Notes: generated by a model from the letters alone, not told the origin. 62,193 bases of DNA, filler included, from Diploschistes diacapsis (GCA_023645945.1; 20 parts of 20 records of this genome joined end to end with filler, not necessarily neighbours in it), one strand, 5' to 3'. Counted from the whole stretch's first letter, positions 24,102-36,105 are shown. Translations and numbers: made by a program.

Positions 24102-24923
24102 CTGTATATATAGAGGTATTATTTTACAAAAAAACTTGTCCAGGCTCGTAAATTTAGGGCATAATATCGCGTAAAAGTCGATAATATGCTTCGGCGGTGA
24201 CTGTTCGTTTATTTATATAATATTCGTCGAAAAAATATCACATAACGCGCCCGTCTGCTCTTATAAAAGCGATTATCATGATATTTTCTTTATTTTTAAA
24301 TTTGGTAGCGATATGCTCGTGTAGCCATTACTCCCCGGAGTGTTTTTAAACCCATTATCGCATCTCACCGCTATTAATCTATATTAAGCATTCATCTGTT
24401 TATTAAATATTGGCTCAATCCTCGGCACGCCAGCTCCTATATGCTCTGAAGTATTTTAGGCGTTTTATAGCATCTTTAGGGTCCAAATAAGGACGCCAAC
24501 GCTTTCGATATTTTTTAAAAAATCGGTCGATTTCGGCGAATCTTCGGCGGATAATATTTCTATTAATAAACGTTATTTCGAGTAATTCGTGCTATTATAT
24601 ATTTAACTGTCTCTTGGCGCGTCGATAGAGCCTATTTTTTGATTTTCGGTAATAGTTCGGGGTCGTCTTGAGCGATCGAGATTATATTACTTATTATCGC
24701 GTTTTAACGTTTTTTTTGGTATATTGGGCTGTAGAATAGGGAATATTGAGCTTTTGGGCAGCATCTTTAAAAGTATTACCGTTATAGAGGGCGCCGAGGA
24801 GCTCCGAACGCTCGAAGGGCTTCAAACGGCGTTATAGTGGCATAATTAGAAGAATAATAGCAAGAGTTGAATGTTTATTTACTACCGCTTATGGTGGACC
24901 TAACTACTTTTGGCCTAGTACTG
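24102..24923 (-). mobile_element. RIP-degraded Tc1 transposon, 5' part; TIR matches the 18648 MITE
   Basis: Terminus GGACCTAACTACTTTTGGCCTAGTACTG|TA. The minus strand is a stop-riddled homolog of the 33462 transposase (MPL*RRLKPFERSELLG...RSRRPRTITENQK). Confidence 0.85.
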
Positions 24924-25232
24924 TATATTCGTTACGTTTTCGCGGAATTAACGAGGGTATATCGGGATTTTTACGAGAATTTTTGGATAGACGTGAGCAA
25001 CGGTTCTAGAAGTTTAGAGTTAAGAAAGGAGAAAGTAATTATAATAAATATTTGTGACAGTCTTTCGGACGAGCGGAAGACCTTAGCCCTAATATCGCGC
25101 CAAGATCGCGGACTTACATAAGAGGAGTTTTCAGTAAGAAGTCTCCTACTTTCTTCTCTAGAAATTAGTTCATGAATACTATGACCATTACTACCACACT
25201 ACTGCATTTTATCCTTTACAGCGTTATTATAA

Positions 25233-25368
25233 TATAAACATAAAAGTGGTCGGTCGACTTGTTGGGGGTAGTCCCCTCAGGGCAGCTCCATTTAAAGAGG
25301 CCTGCTAAGTAGCTCTAGACAATTCATGCATCCTACACCTCACAAATATCCTACCTAGATATACTATT
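25233..25368 (-). mobile_element. Partial LTR, family B (inverted relative to 51138 and 52803)
   Basis: Reverse-complement similarity to 51138-51372 (GGAGCTGCCCTG, CATTTGTGAGGTGTAGGATGCA). Confidence 0.7.
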
Positions 25369-25833
25369 TGTTACGATCCAGAGTGACTAAACGATCACCT
25401 GGCACTTCACAACTAGTCGGGCACTTCCCAACCATTCCTTGTATATAACCAACCACGGACGCTAAATCACGTAACTAACAGATATTTAGTGACAGACATC
25501 TGTTAGAAACAGATCTGCCTAAACAGCTATTTGTTAGTAATAGTTTTATTACAATAGCTTTATTATCGGCAACCAGCTGTCGCTTTAAATTATATAAAAA
25601 TACCGCTATAGTTTCTTTAAATCGGGGCGTGTTTATTTTTATAAACATCTTTAACGATTACTCGAGATTAATTTATATTTATTATTTTTTATTAACGAAT
25701 AATAATCTTTTTATAAATTAATATAAACTTATAATTAATCGATTTTTTCTTTTATTGTATTCTTTTATTAATAAAGATTAAATTACCTTAATTAATATTT
25801 CGTGTTTATATTATAAAAATAAAGATTATAATA
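25369..25833 (+). mobile_element. LTR family C, RIP-mutated
   Basis: TGTTACGATCC...GATTATAATA, collinear with 38652-39115 and 49051-49491. Confidence 0.75.
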
Positions 25834-26121
25834 CTTAAACATTCTTAAAAATAAATGTATTTAATAATATAATCGGGCGATCGTTAGTAAAGATTAAATC
25901 CGTATTATTTTTAACGATATTAAAGTTCGATACGATTATAACGGGCACTGCGGAAGTTAAAAAAACGATTCTAGAAATAGCGTAAAAGCTAACGAAAAAA
26001 CCTTAAAAGATTTAATTATTANNNNNNNNNNNNNNNNNNNNNNNNNNNNNNNNNNNNNNNNNNNNTTAATTAATTAANNNNNNNNNNNNNNNNNNNNNNN
26101 NNNNNNNNNNNNNNNNNNNNN

Positions 26122-26910
26122 ATCTTATAACGATTATATGGCGAAACGGATTTTCCTTTCTTTAAATTAGAGGTAATTAAAAAATAACGTTAAAAAAATT
26201 ATTAGCGATTTAAAATCATTCTTGATGTTCTCGGATAGATTTTTTTTAATAATTTAAAAGTTTTTTAGGCTTAAGATAACGGTTTTTAGTATCTTAATAA
26301 TTTCTATTTGCTCGTCTCTTGCGAATTAGCGGCGTCGCGTTAACGTCGGAATAAATATTAACGTCAAAGAATTCTTCGTTAGTTTTTAATCGTTTAACGT
26401 TATTTTTAATACGTTTTAAACGTTTTTTAAATTATAATACTTTTTTTTAATTTTTGTATTTTTATCCGTTCTTGTAGTCGGATATCTTTTAACCCAATTT
26501 ATTTTAATTTTATAGAATTAAGAGCTCCTTCTTTCGGTATTGTCTTGCTTATAGGTCGGTTATTAAAAGCTTGCGATTCGTTAAACTCGTTTTCTGATTC
26601 CTGTTTATTTTATAATTATGGACGGGTATTGCGTTTCGCCCGTGAGTTATTTAACATATTTCGAACCGTAGTCCTTAAAAAGGATAAGAAGTTATAATTA
26701 TAAAGATTAATATTATAGTATAATAATAAAATAGATAAATGATTATTCGATAGTTAGATCTTCGTTAAACGATAGATGTATTAATGAAATAATTTTTAAA
26801 AAACTATTTCTATCTGCGAAAATTCTGTTCTTATACAAGAACACGCTAACGGGCCTTGGTATATACTTGACATACCCACTGGTAGCCCTTATTGGGTTCT
26901 GCGTATTACA
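26122..26910 (-). mobile_element. LTR family D (about 26692-26910) plus degraded internal (gag-like) sequence
   Basis: The reverse complement begins TGTAATACGCAGAACCCAATAAGGGC, the same start as 29192-29407. Flanking DNA is heavily RIP-like. Confidence 0.65.
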
Positions 26911-27035
26911 CGCGCGTTTTTTTAATCTTTTATTGTTTATTTAATATTTTATTTGCCGTACGAAATATTTTAATCTCGATTTCAAGAACTATTATCTTAT
27001 ATATTAATTTAAAAGTACCTTTAACCTATATGTCA

Positions 27036-27632
27036 TGTAACGCCCGCAGTGTACGCACCGGGGTTCAGGTCCCCCTACTGCCACAGCCACGCACCTCCAT
27101 ATAGTGTAATAAGGAAACAGTGCTTCGGGGTTCCTAAAAGCATTATGTTTAATCTTTTAACTCAATAGAATAACGCTACTTATTAAGCACTACCTCCGTT
27201 ATTATAATTATGCTTTCATTCCCCAGATCGTTGGTTCGAGCACGAGCGTAAGTAGTGCGTTAAATTTATTACGTTACGATTAAGCGTATTTTACGGGGTC
27301 GTCAGATGGAACATGCGGTTAGCTTTAGGTACGGCTGAATAACCCCGTCTTTAAATTCATAACGTAGGTGTTAGAAACGGCTTAGAATATTTAATATATC
27401 CGGGGCGCTATATAAGACGTGGCAGGTGCTAAGGGCCAGCATTGTGGGGAAGAAAGATAGCTGTAATGCGCGCAGTGTGCGCATCGGGGTTTAGGTCCCC
27501 CTGCTGCCATAACCACGCATCTATATATAGTGTAATAGGGAAACAGTGTTTCGGGGTTTTTGAAAGCATTGTGTTCAGTCTTTTGGCTTAGTGGGATAGC
27601 GCTACTTATTAGGTATTATCCCCGTTGTTACA
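27036..27632 (+). mobile_element. Complete TRIM (terminal-repeat retrotransposon in miniature), LTR family A
   Basis: Two 171-bp LTRs (27036-27206, 27462-27632; consensus TGTAAC...GTTACA). 255-bp non-coding interior. Purine tract GGGGAAGAAAGATAG before the 3' LTR. 5-bp TSD TGTCA at 27031-27035 and 27633-27637. Confidence 0.92.
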
Positions 27633-29003
27633 TGTCAACTAACTCGTATAAATAAATAAAAGAATTATGTTAATATTTAATAATTCTACATTTTAAGTTT
27701 ATAAAATCTCGTAAAGTATTTTTCGCCGTACGGGACGTATTTAGATTAATAAATACGGAATTCGTTAAACGAGTATTCGAAAACGTAAACGTACGAGATT
27801 TAAAATCTAAATTATTAATTATTTTTCTTATATTATACGAAATAAACTTAATAATTTTAAAATCTATTCGTACGTTTTCTAGGTTTATAATTACATAAAA
27901 AACCCGTTTAAAGATAAAAAAGAAATCGTTTTTAATAATATACGTAATGTGCGTGTATATTATTTACTCGATTTTCTTCCGTACGCAATCTCGAACGATT
28001 TAAAACATCCGATATTAAAAAATTAAAAAATATATAATAANNNNNNNNNNNNNNNNNNNNNNNNNNNNNNNNNNNNNNNNNNNNTTAATTAATTAANNNN
28101 NNNNNNNNNNNNNNNNNNNNNNNNNNNNNNNNNNNNNNNNGTCTTAAGGACAAGGGATGGGATAAGGAACGTGTAAATACTGGGAAGGGCATGGCAGGCA
28201 GACAGGCAGGCAGGCATGGGATGGGATGGGATAGGGGGCGGGTACAGAAGAATCGAGCGAGTTATCTTGCGGTATTGGCATTGGTTCCGGGCATGGATGC
28301 GTGTGCAGGTTGTTGTGCGCGGCGTGTGCGCGCGTGGCTGCATGATATGCAGCTGAATGCTATTCCCCCTTCGGCACTTTGTGTGCGGACAGGAAGCGAA
28401 GCAGCTGAGGTCGGTGGTACTACCTATTATTACCTGCGGCTTGCGGCATGCTGTTCCCACTGCTATCTCTACCAGCTTTACTGGGCGTCCTCGCGTTTCT
28501 GCTCGTGCCTGCTTGCTTTGCTGTACCAAAGGTGTTGGCTTTCCCCTCCCACTGACTGCCCTGCCCTCCTGCGAACGAATATTCTCCTTTGTCCCACGCT
28601 CCTAGGCTAAATTTAACCGTCCTTGCAGCAAAAAAGAAACACTAGCTTCATTAAAAAGTACCATCTCACTCACCCCCTTTTTCTCTGTTAGAATGGGGTA
28701 TCCAGTTAATCAACGCAAGTCCACCCTCCCCCATTTCCCCAGCGCTTTCTATATGTCTATCCTCGGCGGTGGTGGTGGTAGTACGATGATGAAGATGCCG
28801 CTCGATGATCTTTTTCAGAGGTCATACATTGGGGATTGTTTCTCCCCATTCGCGAAAATGTTTTTTTATCCAAGAATTAGCCTCCCCTGCCTCCGGGCCT
28901 TGAACGGGCTGGTGCCGGTTCCGAAGTTCGTTTTGCTTTAAAGTATTGGAACATTTCTCAGCACTTTGATGTTTAACGAACCCAATGATTCAAAGCAAGA
29001 CTG

Positions 29004-29110
29004 GGGCCGTTTCGTGCCAGGGATACAGATACAGATATAGATACCGTAACTTAAAAAGGAATTCGGCACGGACACGGACACGGACATTATTTTATAATAA
29101 AAAAGCACGG
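29004..29110. mobile_element. End fragment related to the ACACGG-repeat hAT-like MITE
   Basis: GGCCGTTTCGTGCCA followed by CACGGA tandem repeats, similar to the 57315 end. Confidence 0.5.
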
Positions 29111-29191
29111 CAACTGAAATTCTTTAAATTAATATTTTTTTAATGGTTTTATTCCATCGCCTTTCTTTTTTCCGGGCCATTTTAAATTAAT

Positions 29192-29407
29192 TGTAATACG
29201 CAGAACCCAATAAGGGCTACCAGGGGGTATGCCAAGCATATACCAAGGCCCGCTAGCGTGTTCTTATATAAGAACAAAATTTTCGCAGACAAAGATAGTT
29301 CTTTAGAAATTATTTCGTCAATACATCTATCGTCTAGCAGAGGTCTAGCCAGCGAATAGCCACTTATCTGCCTTATTGTCACACTGTAGTATTAGCCTTT
29401 ACATAAC
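29192..29407 (+). mobile_element. LTR family D copy
   Basis: Starts TGTAATACGCAG; inverted match to 26692-26910. Confidence 0.7.
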
Positions 29408-29409
29408 GG

Positions 29410-29870
29410 TACTGCTAGATGTCGAAGATTAACGAAAAATCGAAAAAGATTTCAGCAAAAATAAAGCTGAAGGTCGATAATTATTAAAAGATATCGAACA
29501 AGTTCAGCAGTAGGTGCAGCTGAATTCTCGATAATAACAAAGATCGAAAGGGTCCAGCGACGGAGATAACGTTTCGGCTAGATTTCGAAAATAACGAAAA
29601 TATCGACTAGATTCAGCGGCGATAGGCTGAAAGTCGATGATTAATAAGGATATCGGAAAGGTTCAATAGCAGTTTAATTAAATTTCGACTATTATTAAAG
29701 GATTCGACTAGATCTAATAGAGAAGGTAACGGTTCTGATGGATGTCGAAAGTTAAAAAGGGATTCGACTAAGTCCAGCAACGTAGGTAACGATGTTGTTA
29801 AATATCGAAAAATGATAAAAGATATTAACGGGTTTAATGTAATAATTTAATTAAACTTCGATCGTTATTA
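29410..29870. repeat. Degenerate tandem repeat, about 9 units of 50-60 bp
   Basis: Recurring TCGA...AAAGG/AT.TCGA...TTCAGC pattern at about 29421, 29473, 29527, 29584, 29634, 29683, 29744, 29803 and 29857. Confidence 0.55.
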
Positions 29871-30159
29871 AAGGAAAAGGAAAAAGTCAGAAGTTTTTCG
29901 TTAATTTAATAAATAATGAATCCGGGAACTAAATATTTTTTATTTTAGTATCTTTTATATCAGCGTAATAAGGTCCCGCGATCTTTTATAATAATATATT
30001 TTCTACTTTTGAATCGGTTTATCCTAAGGTTTTATAATTTAGATCTTAAGCTTTCGGATNNNNNNNNNNNNNNNNNNNNNNNNNNNNNNNNNNNNNNNNN
30101 NNNTTAATTAATTAANNNNNNNNNNNNNNNNNNNNNNNNNNNNNNNNNNNNNNNNNNNN

Positions 30160-32001
30160 GTAATATTTTTAAAAAATATTTAAAAAAGGATACATTCGTA
30201 AATCCAAATTATTAACATTATTTCCAATTATTTTCGTACCGAAACCTAACGGTAGAAAAGGACGGACTCTTCGACCCTATATTAACTTCCGGAAGCTTAA
30301 CGCTATCACCGTAAAGAACCGTTATCCCATATCGAACATTTAAGAATTGCGAGATCGATTATATAGCGTATTATGGTACACGAAACTGGACTAACGAGTA
30401 AACTTTAATTTTATACAAATGAAAGAAGATAAAGAATAGAAAATAATATTTAGAATACGTTATGGGTTATTCGAATATTTAATAATATCTTTCGGTTTGA
30501 TTAACGCATTAATTACCGAATAGAAATTTATGAACGACATGTTACGCGATATTTTAAACGATTACGTTATTTTTTATTTGAACGATATTTTGGTTTATTT
30601 TAACGGAACTCTCGAAAATCATCGATAAAAGGTAGCGGAAATATTTTAAAGTTTTGATAAACGTGACCTTCGTCTGAAACCAGAAAAATGCGCATTCTAT
30701 AAAACTGAAATTGATTTCTTAAGACACGTTATAGAACGAGACGGCGTCAAGATCGATGTAACAGCGGGGGTAGTGCCTAATAGGTAGCAACTATCCCACT
30801 GAGCCAGAAGACTGAACATAATACTTCCAGGAACCCCGAAGTACTGTTTCTTTATTACATTATATGTAGATATGTGGCTATGGCAGTAGAGGGACCTGAA
30901 CCCCGGTACGCATATTACGGACGTTATAGCTATCTTCCTTCTTCATAATACTGGCCTTTAACACCTATTACGTTGTATATAACGCCCCGGATATATTAAA
31001 TATTTTAAACCGTTTCTAACACCTACGTTATGGATTTAGAGACGGGGTTACCCAGCCATTTAAGACTAACCGCATGTTCTTATGTAACGACGACCCCGCA
31101 GGGTACGTACGTTTAACCGTAGCGCAACAAGTTCGATTGTATAAGTGATTAACCTTGTGCTCGAATTAACGATCTAGGGAATGAAAGTATAATTATAACA
31201 GCGGGAGTAATGCCTAATAGGTAATAACTATCCCATTAAGTTAAAAGACTGAACATAATGCTTTCAGGAACCCCGAAGCACTGTTTCCTTACTACACTAT
31301 ATGTAGGTGCGTGGCTGTGGCAGCAGGGGGACCTGAACCCCGGTGCGCACACTACGGGCGTTACAATCGACTTAAAGAAAATGAAATCGATCTTGAAATA
31401 GCCAACCCCGAAGAACGTTAAGGACGTGTAATCCTTGTTAGGATTTATTAATTATAATAGATTGTTCATTAGAGACTATTCAAAAGTAATAGAATTATTA
31501 ATAAAATTTATTAAAAAGGGTTTATCTTTTAATTAAACGCAAGAACAAGAATAGATTTTTCTGAAACTTAAGGACCTCACGGTTAATATACTTATCCTAA
31601 AGTTCTACGATCCAGAAAAATCAATACGAATCTAAACCGATATTTTAGGATTAGTTATTACAGCATACCTATTATAACTAAGTAATAATGACAAGTGGCG
31701 GCTAATAGCTTATTACTCGCGTAAGATGTTATTAACTAAACAAAATTACGATATAGGCGATTAAGAACTACTCGCTATCGTCGTAACGTTAAATAAATAA
31801 TATATTTATGTACACGAAGCAAAGGAAACCGAAATCTATATAGATTATATGAACTTATTAAAGTTCACGATTATAAAAAAACTTAACCCAAGATAGTTTA
31901 AATGGTCAGAGATTCTTGGACGATATCGTTTTACGATTAAACGGATTATAGATAAAGTTAACGAACGAGATGACGCGTTTAGCAGACGACCAGATTATAT
32001 A
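30160..32001 (+). mobile_element. Ty3/gypsy pol fragment (RT and RNase H), RIP-inactivated, with a nested TRIM
   Basis: KKGYIRKS...FVPKPNG...LRPYINFRKLNAITVKNRYP, FGLINA, YLNDILVY (YLDD), FLRHVI, NYDIGD*ELLAIV; many stops. Confidence 0.9.
30757..31365 (-). mobile_element. Second complete TRIM (LTR family A) inserted in gypsy RT
   Basis: Two LTRs homologous to the 27036 element, inverted. 5-bp TSD ATCGA at 30752-30756 and 31366-31370. The host frame GVKID continues after removal. Confidence 0.92.
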
Positions 32002-32076
32002 ACGTGTTTCACGGGGATTCCGGCCACCCCCAGATTCCGGCTACTTTTGCCAAGAAATAATTTAAATCTTCAATAT
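32002..32076 (+). mobile_element. Fot1/pogo-type TIR end
   Basis: TA|ACGTGTTTCACGGGGATTCCGGCCACCCCCAGATTCCGGC with an internal direct repeat; the same TIR occurs at 34724, 45461 and 54155. Confidence 0.8.
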
Positions 32077-32265
32077 NNNNNNNNNNNNNNNNNNNNNNNN
32101 NNNNNNNNNNNNNNNNNNNNTTAATTAATTAANNNNNNNNNNNNNNNNNNNNNNNNNNNNNNNNNNNNNNNNNNNNCGTATAAATTCATTTTTAACTAAA
32201 TTTTTAAATCCGTCCTTATATATTTCCATTAAGGTTTCCTTATTTTATTTAATTAGTCTAGCGTA

Positions 32266-33542
32266 CAGTCACGTGCCAAAAGTAATGGTCCCTACCTAAA
32301 TTATAGTAGACATCACCAACTTTGGAGATGCGATGCGCACCCAAATAATGTCCTATAAATGCGCTTTTTAGATCATTTTGATGCCCTTTATTCGTAGTAT
32401 CTATTAATACTTTGTTTGCCACCCCTGCGCGTCGTATACAGCCTGAATTCGCGTAGGCATCGAGTAGATTAATCGAGCAGGCAAATCCCACTCCCTATCT
32501 ATCGTAATTTAACTAAATGTCTCGATAATAGTAGCTTTTAAAGCCTGTTTCTTATTGTTCTTGCTTCCACGTATTATTTTAAGCTCTGGATAAAGTCGAA
32601 ATACCTTCTCTTTTAATCTAAACCAAAGATGCTCTATAGCGTTCAAATTTGGACTATATAATAGATGATCGAGAACCTAAACGTCGAGATTCTCTAAAAG
32701 CGTTTTAGCAGCGTTTACAGTGTGTATAAAAGCATTATCCTGCAAAAAACCTTGCCCAGGTTCGTAGATTTGGGGCAAAATATCCCTTAATAAAGCATAA
32801 TAAGCCTCGGCGGTAGCATTTCGTCCATTTGTGTAGTAATCTTCGAAGAAATATCACACGACGCGTTTATCGGCTCTCATACCAGCCCAAAGCATGATGC
32901 TTTCCTTGTTTTTAGCCGTTTTTGCTAGGTGATCGGGAAGCCATTGTTCTTTTGTATGTCTCCATACCCATTTTCGTACTTCACCATTTCCTATTGCTAT
33001 GGAGCACTCGTCGGTAAATTAAATATTGGTAAAATCCTCGGCGCGTTAAGTTCGGTGTATTCGGGAGTGCCTCAGGCGTTTTTCCGTATCTTTAGGCTCT
33101 AAATATGGCTTCCACCGCATCCTATATTTTTTAAAAGAGGGGTCGATGTCGCGGAATCTTCGGCGCACTATATTTTTGCTGGTAGACGAGATATCGAGCA
33201 ATTCAGACCACTTAGATTCTGGATGGCGTCTGGCCGTTCGATAGAGCCTATTTTCTTGATTTTCGGACGTTGTTCGAGGTCTTCCGGAGCGCTTCAGATC
33301 ATCTTGGTCTTCATCACGCTCTGAAACCTTTGCTATTGTCTTTTTGGCTGTAGAATAAGGAATATTTAGCCTATTGGCTGCATTTTTTAGGATAGCACCT
33401 GATCTGTATGCGCCTATAAGCTCAGAGCGCTCCCAGAGCTTCAAACGACGATATGGTGGCATTATTGTAGAAATAATAGTAGGCATTTATTGTTTATTTG
33501 TACCGATTTAACCGAGGGACCATTACTTTTGGACTAGTACTG
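32266..33542 (-). mobile_element. Full-length 1277-bp Tc1 (DD34E, impala-sized) transposon with a stop-interrupted transposase at 32404-33462
   Basis: TA TSD at 32264-32265 and 33543-33544, ~27-bp imperfect TIRs. Transposase has RSGRPR, FTDECS, FLQDNA and SPNLNAIEHLW, with 34 residues between the second D and the E. An uninterrupted copy of the target site lies at about 33935-33950. Confidence 0.93.
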
Positions 33543-33544
33543 TA

Positions 33545-34091
33545 TTCTTAAAACTTCGCCGTGTATTCTAAAACCGAGCTTCTTTGGTTAACTATTTTAA
33601 TAACTCGAATTACACATTTTCTATCGTTGGTTATTTCGAAGGCTAATCGGACCTATTTTTTAAACCTTACGAAATTTTTAAACATTCCGTAACTATTTTC
33701 TTGATTTTTTAAATATACGTCGAGATAAAGTCTTATTTATGTTAATACGCGGTCATATATAAATCTTACGGTAAAGACGGTTCGTTTCCTTTAATCGTTT
33801 ATAATTATTATTTTAATTTAAAGAATCGATAAACTCCGAAATTAATTTTAATTACCTATAAATTTATCTTTAATTAAATTCTTAAGTCCGTTCTTATATA
33901 TCTTTATTAAGGCTTCCTTATTTTACTTAATTAGTCTAACGTATTCTTAAAATTTCGCCGTGTATTCTAAAACCGAATTTCGTTAATTAACTATCTTGAT
34001 AACTCGAATCGCATATTTTTTATCGTTGGTTATTCGAAGGCTAATCGGACCTATTTTTTAAACCTTACGAAATTTTTAAACATTCCGTAAC
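33545..34091. repeat. About 399-bp tandem duplication of RIP-mutated retroelement sequence
   Basis: The sequence from 33545 recurs from 33944; 32177-32263 recurs at about 33857-33941. Confidence 0.75.
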
Positions 34092-34191
34092 NNNNNNNNN
34101 NNNNNNNNNNNNNNNNNNNNNNNNNNNNNNNNNNNTTAATTAATTAANNNNNNNNNNNNNNNNNNNNNNNNNNNNNNNNNNNNNNNNNNNN

Positions 34192-34724
34192 AATCAATTC
34201 GATTTAGATTTATTTTTATTATATAATTTTTTATCAAATGCGACCGAACTGCGAAAGATTAATAAAGAATTTAATTAAACGTTGCGAATTATTTTAGAAT
34301 TAATTAACCCGATTTAACGTTATTCGAATTGAATAACCCGTATATTTAAATCGACGTATATTAAGTTTATAACGTTACGTAAAGAAAATCGAGAGTAAAA
34401 AGCGTTTCTTAATAATCGTAAAAAACGTAAATTAAATAAACGAATCGAATTAAAAGATCGTTTTATATTTAATATAAACGAAATTTTTGAAATAGTAATT
34501 CGGGTTGAATCGAATCGAATAATTTTAAAACGATTTATAACGCGTAAAAAACGTCGTCGCGTTTCTGAAATCGAGGAGGATAAAGAGAAAGAAAATAGAT
34601 TCGATTTAGATCGATTAGATTCTGATTACGACGAACAAGTTGTATCTAAAAACCGTAGAATGTTGGCGGTAGTGATTTGAGGTGGCCGGAATCTGGGGGT
34701 GGCCGGAATCCCCGTGAAACACGT
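34192..34724 (+). mobile_element. 3' end of a RIP-degraded Fot1/pogo transposon
   Basis: Inverted TIR ending ...CCCCGTGAAACACGT|TA, preceded by a degraded basic/acidic transposase tail. Confidence 0.8.
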
Positions 34725-34726
34725 TA

Positions 34727-35412
34727 GTAAAGATTTTATAACAAACGATAAAACGGGAAAATTAGATTCGTTCGACGAACCGATTACGAGAAATTAAAAA
34801 AAATATCGTTATTTCACGATTTAAGATTCTCTTTTATTTAATATTTATATTAAACTTTTCGGCGAATCATCGGGCCGATAATATTAAAAAAAAAGATAAT
34901 ATTACGATTTAAATATTAGACTTAACACGTTTTAGTTTTATATATAAATCAGTCACGGGATTAAAAATCACGTAATACGTTTATTACTCGCGTTTACTTT
35001 CGTAAACGGCGAGTAAACTTTCGCCACCGCTCGATAATCGCGCTTATTTTCGTAAACGATAAATCTTAAACTATTTCTAAAAAGAAAATTCTAAAATAAT
35101 AAAAATAACGAATATAAATTAATCCCGAACAATCGCTAAAAATATTTATAAAAATAAACACGCCCTTTTTTACGAAAGTAAAGACGTGTTTATATATAAT
35201 TAACTCGCTCGCCGTTTACCGCAAACTTAGCGAGCGATATTCTCGAGATTCGCCGTTTACGAGAATAAGCGCGATTATCGAGCGGTGGCGAAAGTTTACT
35301 CGCCGCTTACGAGAATAAGCGTAAGCAATAAGCGTATCACGTGACCCCTGGTCCCGTGACTGACCTATATATAAAGCTGGGACGTGCCAAGTCTGGTACT
35401 TGGATCGTAACA
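34727..35412. mobile_element. 3' region of a chromovirus with two family-C-like LTR starts facing each other
   Basis: 34727-34770 matches 44257-44300 inverted; 34780-34900 matches 48935-49050. The LTR start at about 34900 (+) and TGTTACGATCC at 35412 (-) share about 170 bp in inverted orientation. Confidence 0.7.
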
Positions 35413-35793
35413 TTCAGATACAGGTTCTAAACATTTTAAACTTTCATCGTCTAAAGCCTTTACATTATAGGCACACTTCTTCTTACCCTTTTACTGATTG
35501 CGGATATCTCGGTATTCTTTTCTTTTCTTCCCCTTCTTATTCTTTATTACGACAACCATCTTTACGAACACTTTAACGAGTTTACATTATATCGCGCGAT
35601 AATCATTACTATAAAATAAATATTTTGTTCTTAAATTAAAACGGCGGCGTCATTTTTGGTTAAATCATCCTTGATAAGTACGGAATGATTTTTCGTAACG
35701 AAATAAATATACTATAACTTCATCCATTAACTTCTTTTATTTATCGGTTAACCTATAAAACCATTTATTATAATCCGTGTTAACGGATAAAAT

Positions 35794-36105
35794 TGTAAGG
35801 CCAAGCAAGGAGCATGCCAAGAGTCGGACAAGCGGCATTCAGGGTCTTGGCTTACGGGTACTTGAAGGGGGATTTTGCCCTTCTTATTCTCTTCTTTTCT
35901 TTAATAATTAGTTCTAGCATGAATCTATTCTGCGTATAGTTATCTTGCCATATTATCGTATTTTATTCTTTATAGTTCTAATTACTTTACCTTTCTTAAA
36001 AACGACGATACGATAAGATAACACGTTCTTCGCAACGTATACGTAAAGTAAATCCACGCAACCAAATTAAAATAAAAAAAAATAAAAGAAAAAAAAGAAG
36101 TGAAC
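35794..36105. mobile_element. LTR-like repeat, family E
   Basis: TGTAAGG start; ~310 bp collinear with about 60515-60827. Confidence 0.6.

Noticed and set aside
27036..27206. Hammerhead/retrozyme or 5S (Cassandra) sequence in the TRIM LTR; T-arm-like hairpin GGGG-TTCAGGT-CCCC
   Set aside because: No CTGANGA...GAAA core on either strand and no 5S similarity seen. The hairpin cannot be extended into a tRNA cloverleaf.
28141..28990. ORFs in the non-RIP part of this contig, including CLRALNG resembling the arginine attenuator peptide end
   Set aside because: The rest of the AAP motif (SQDYLSDHLW) is absent. The region looks like UTR or intergenic DNA with GGCA/GGATG microsatellites.
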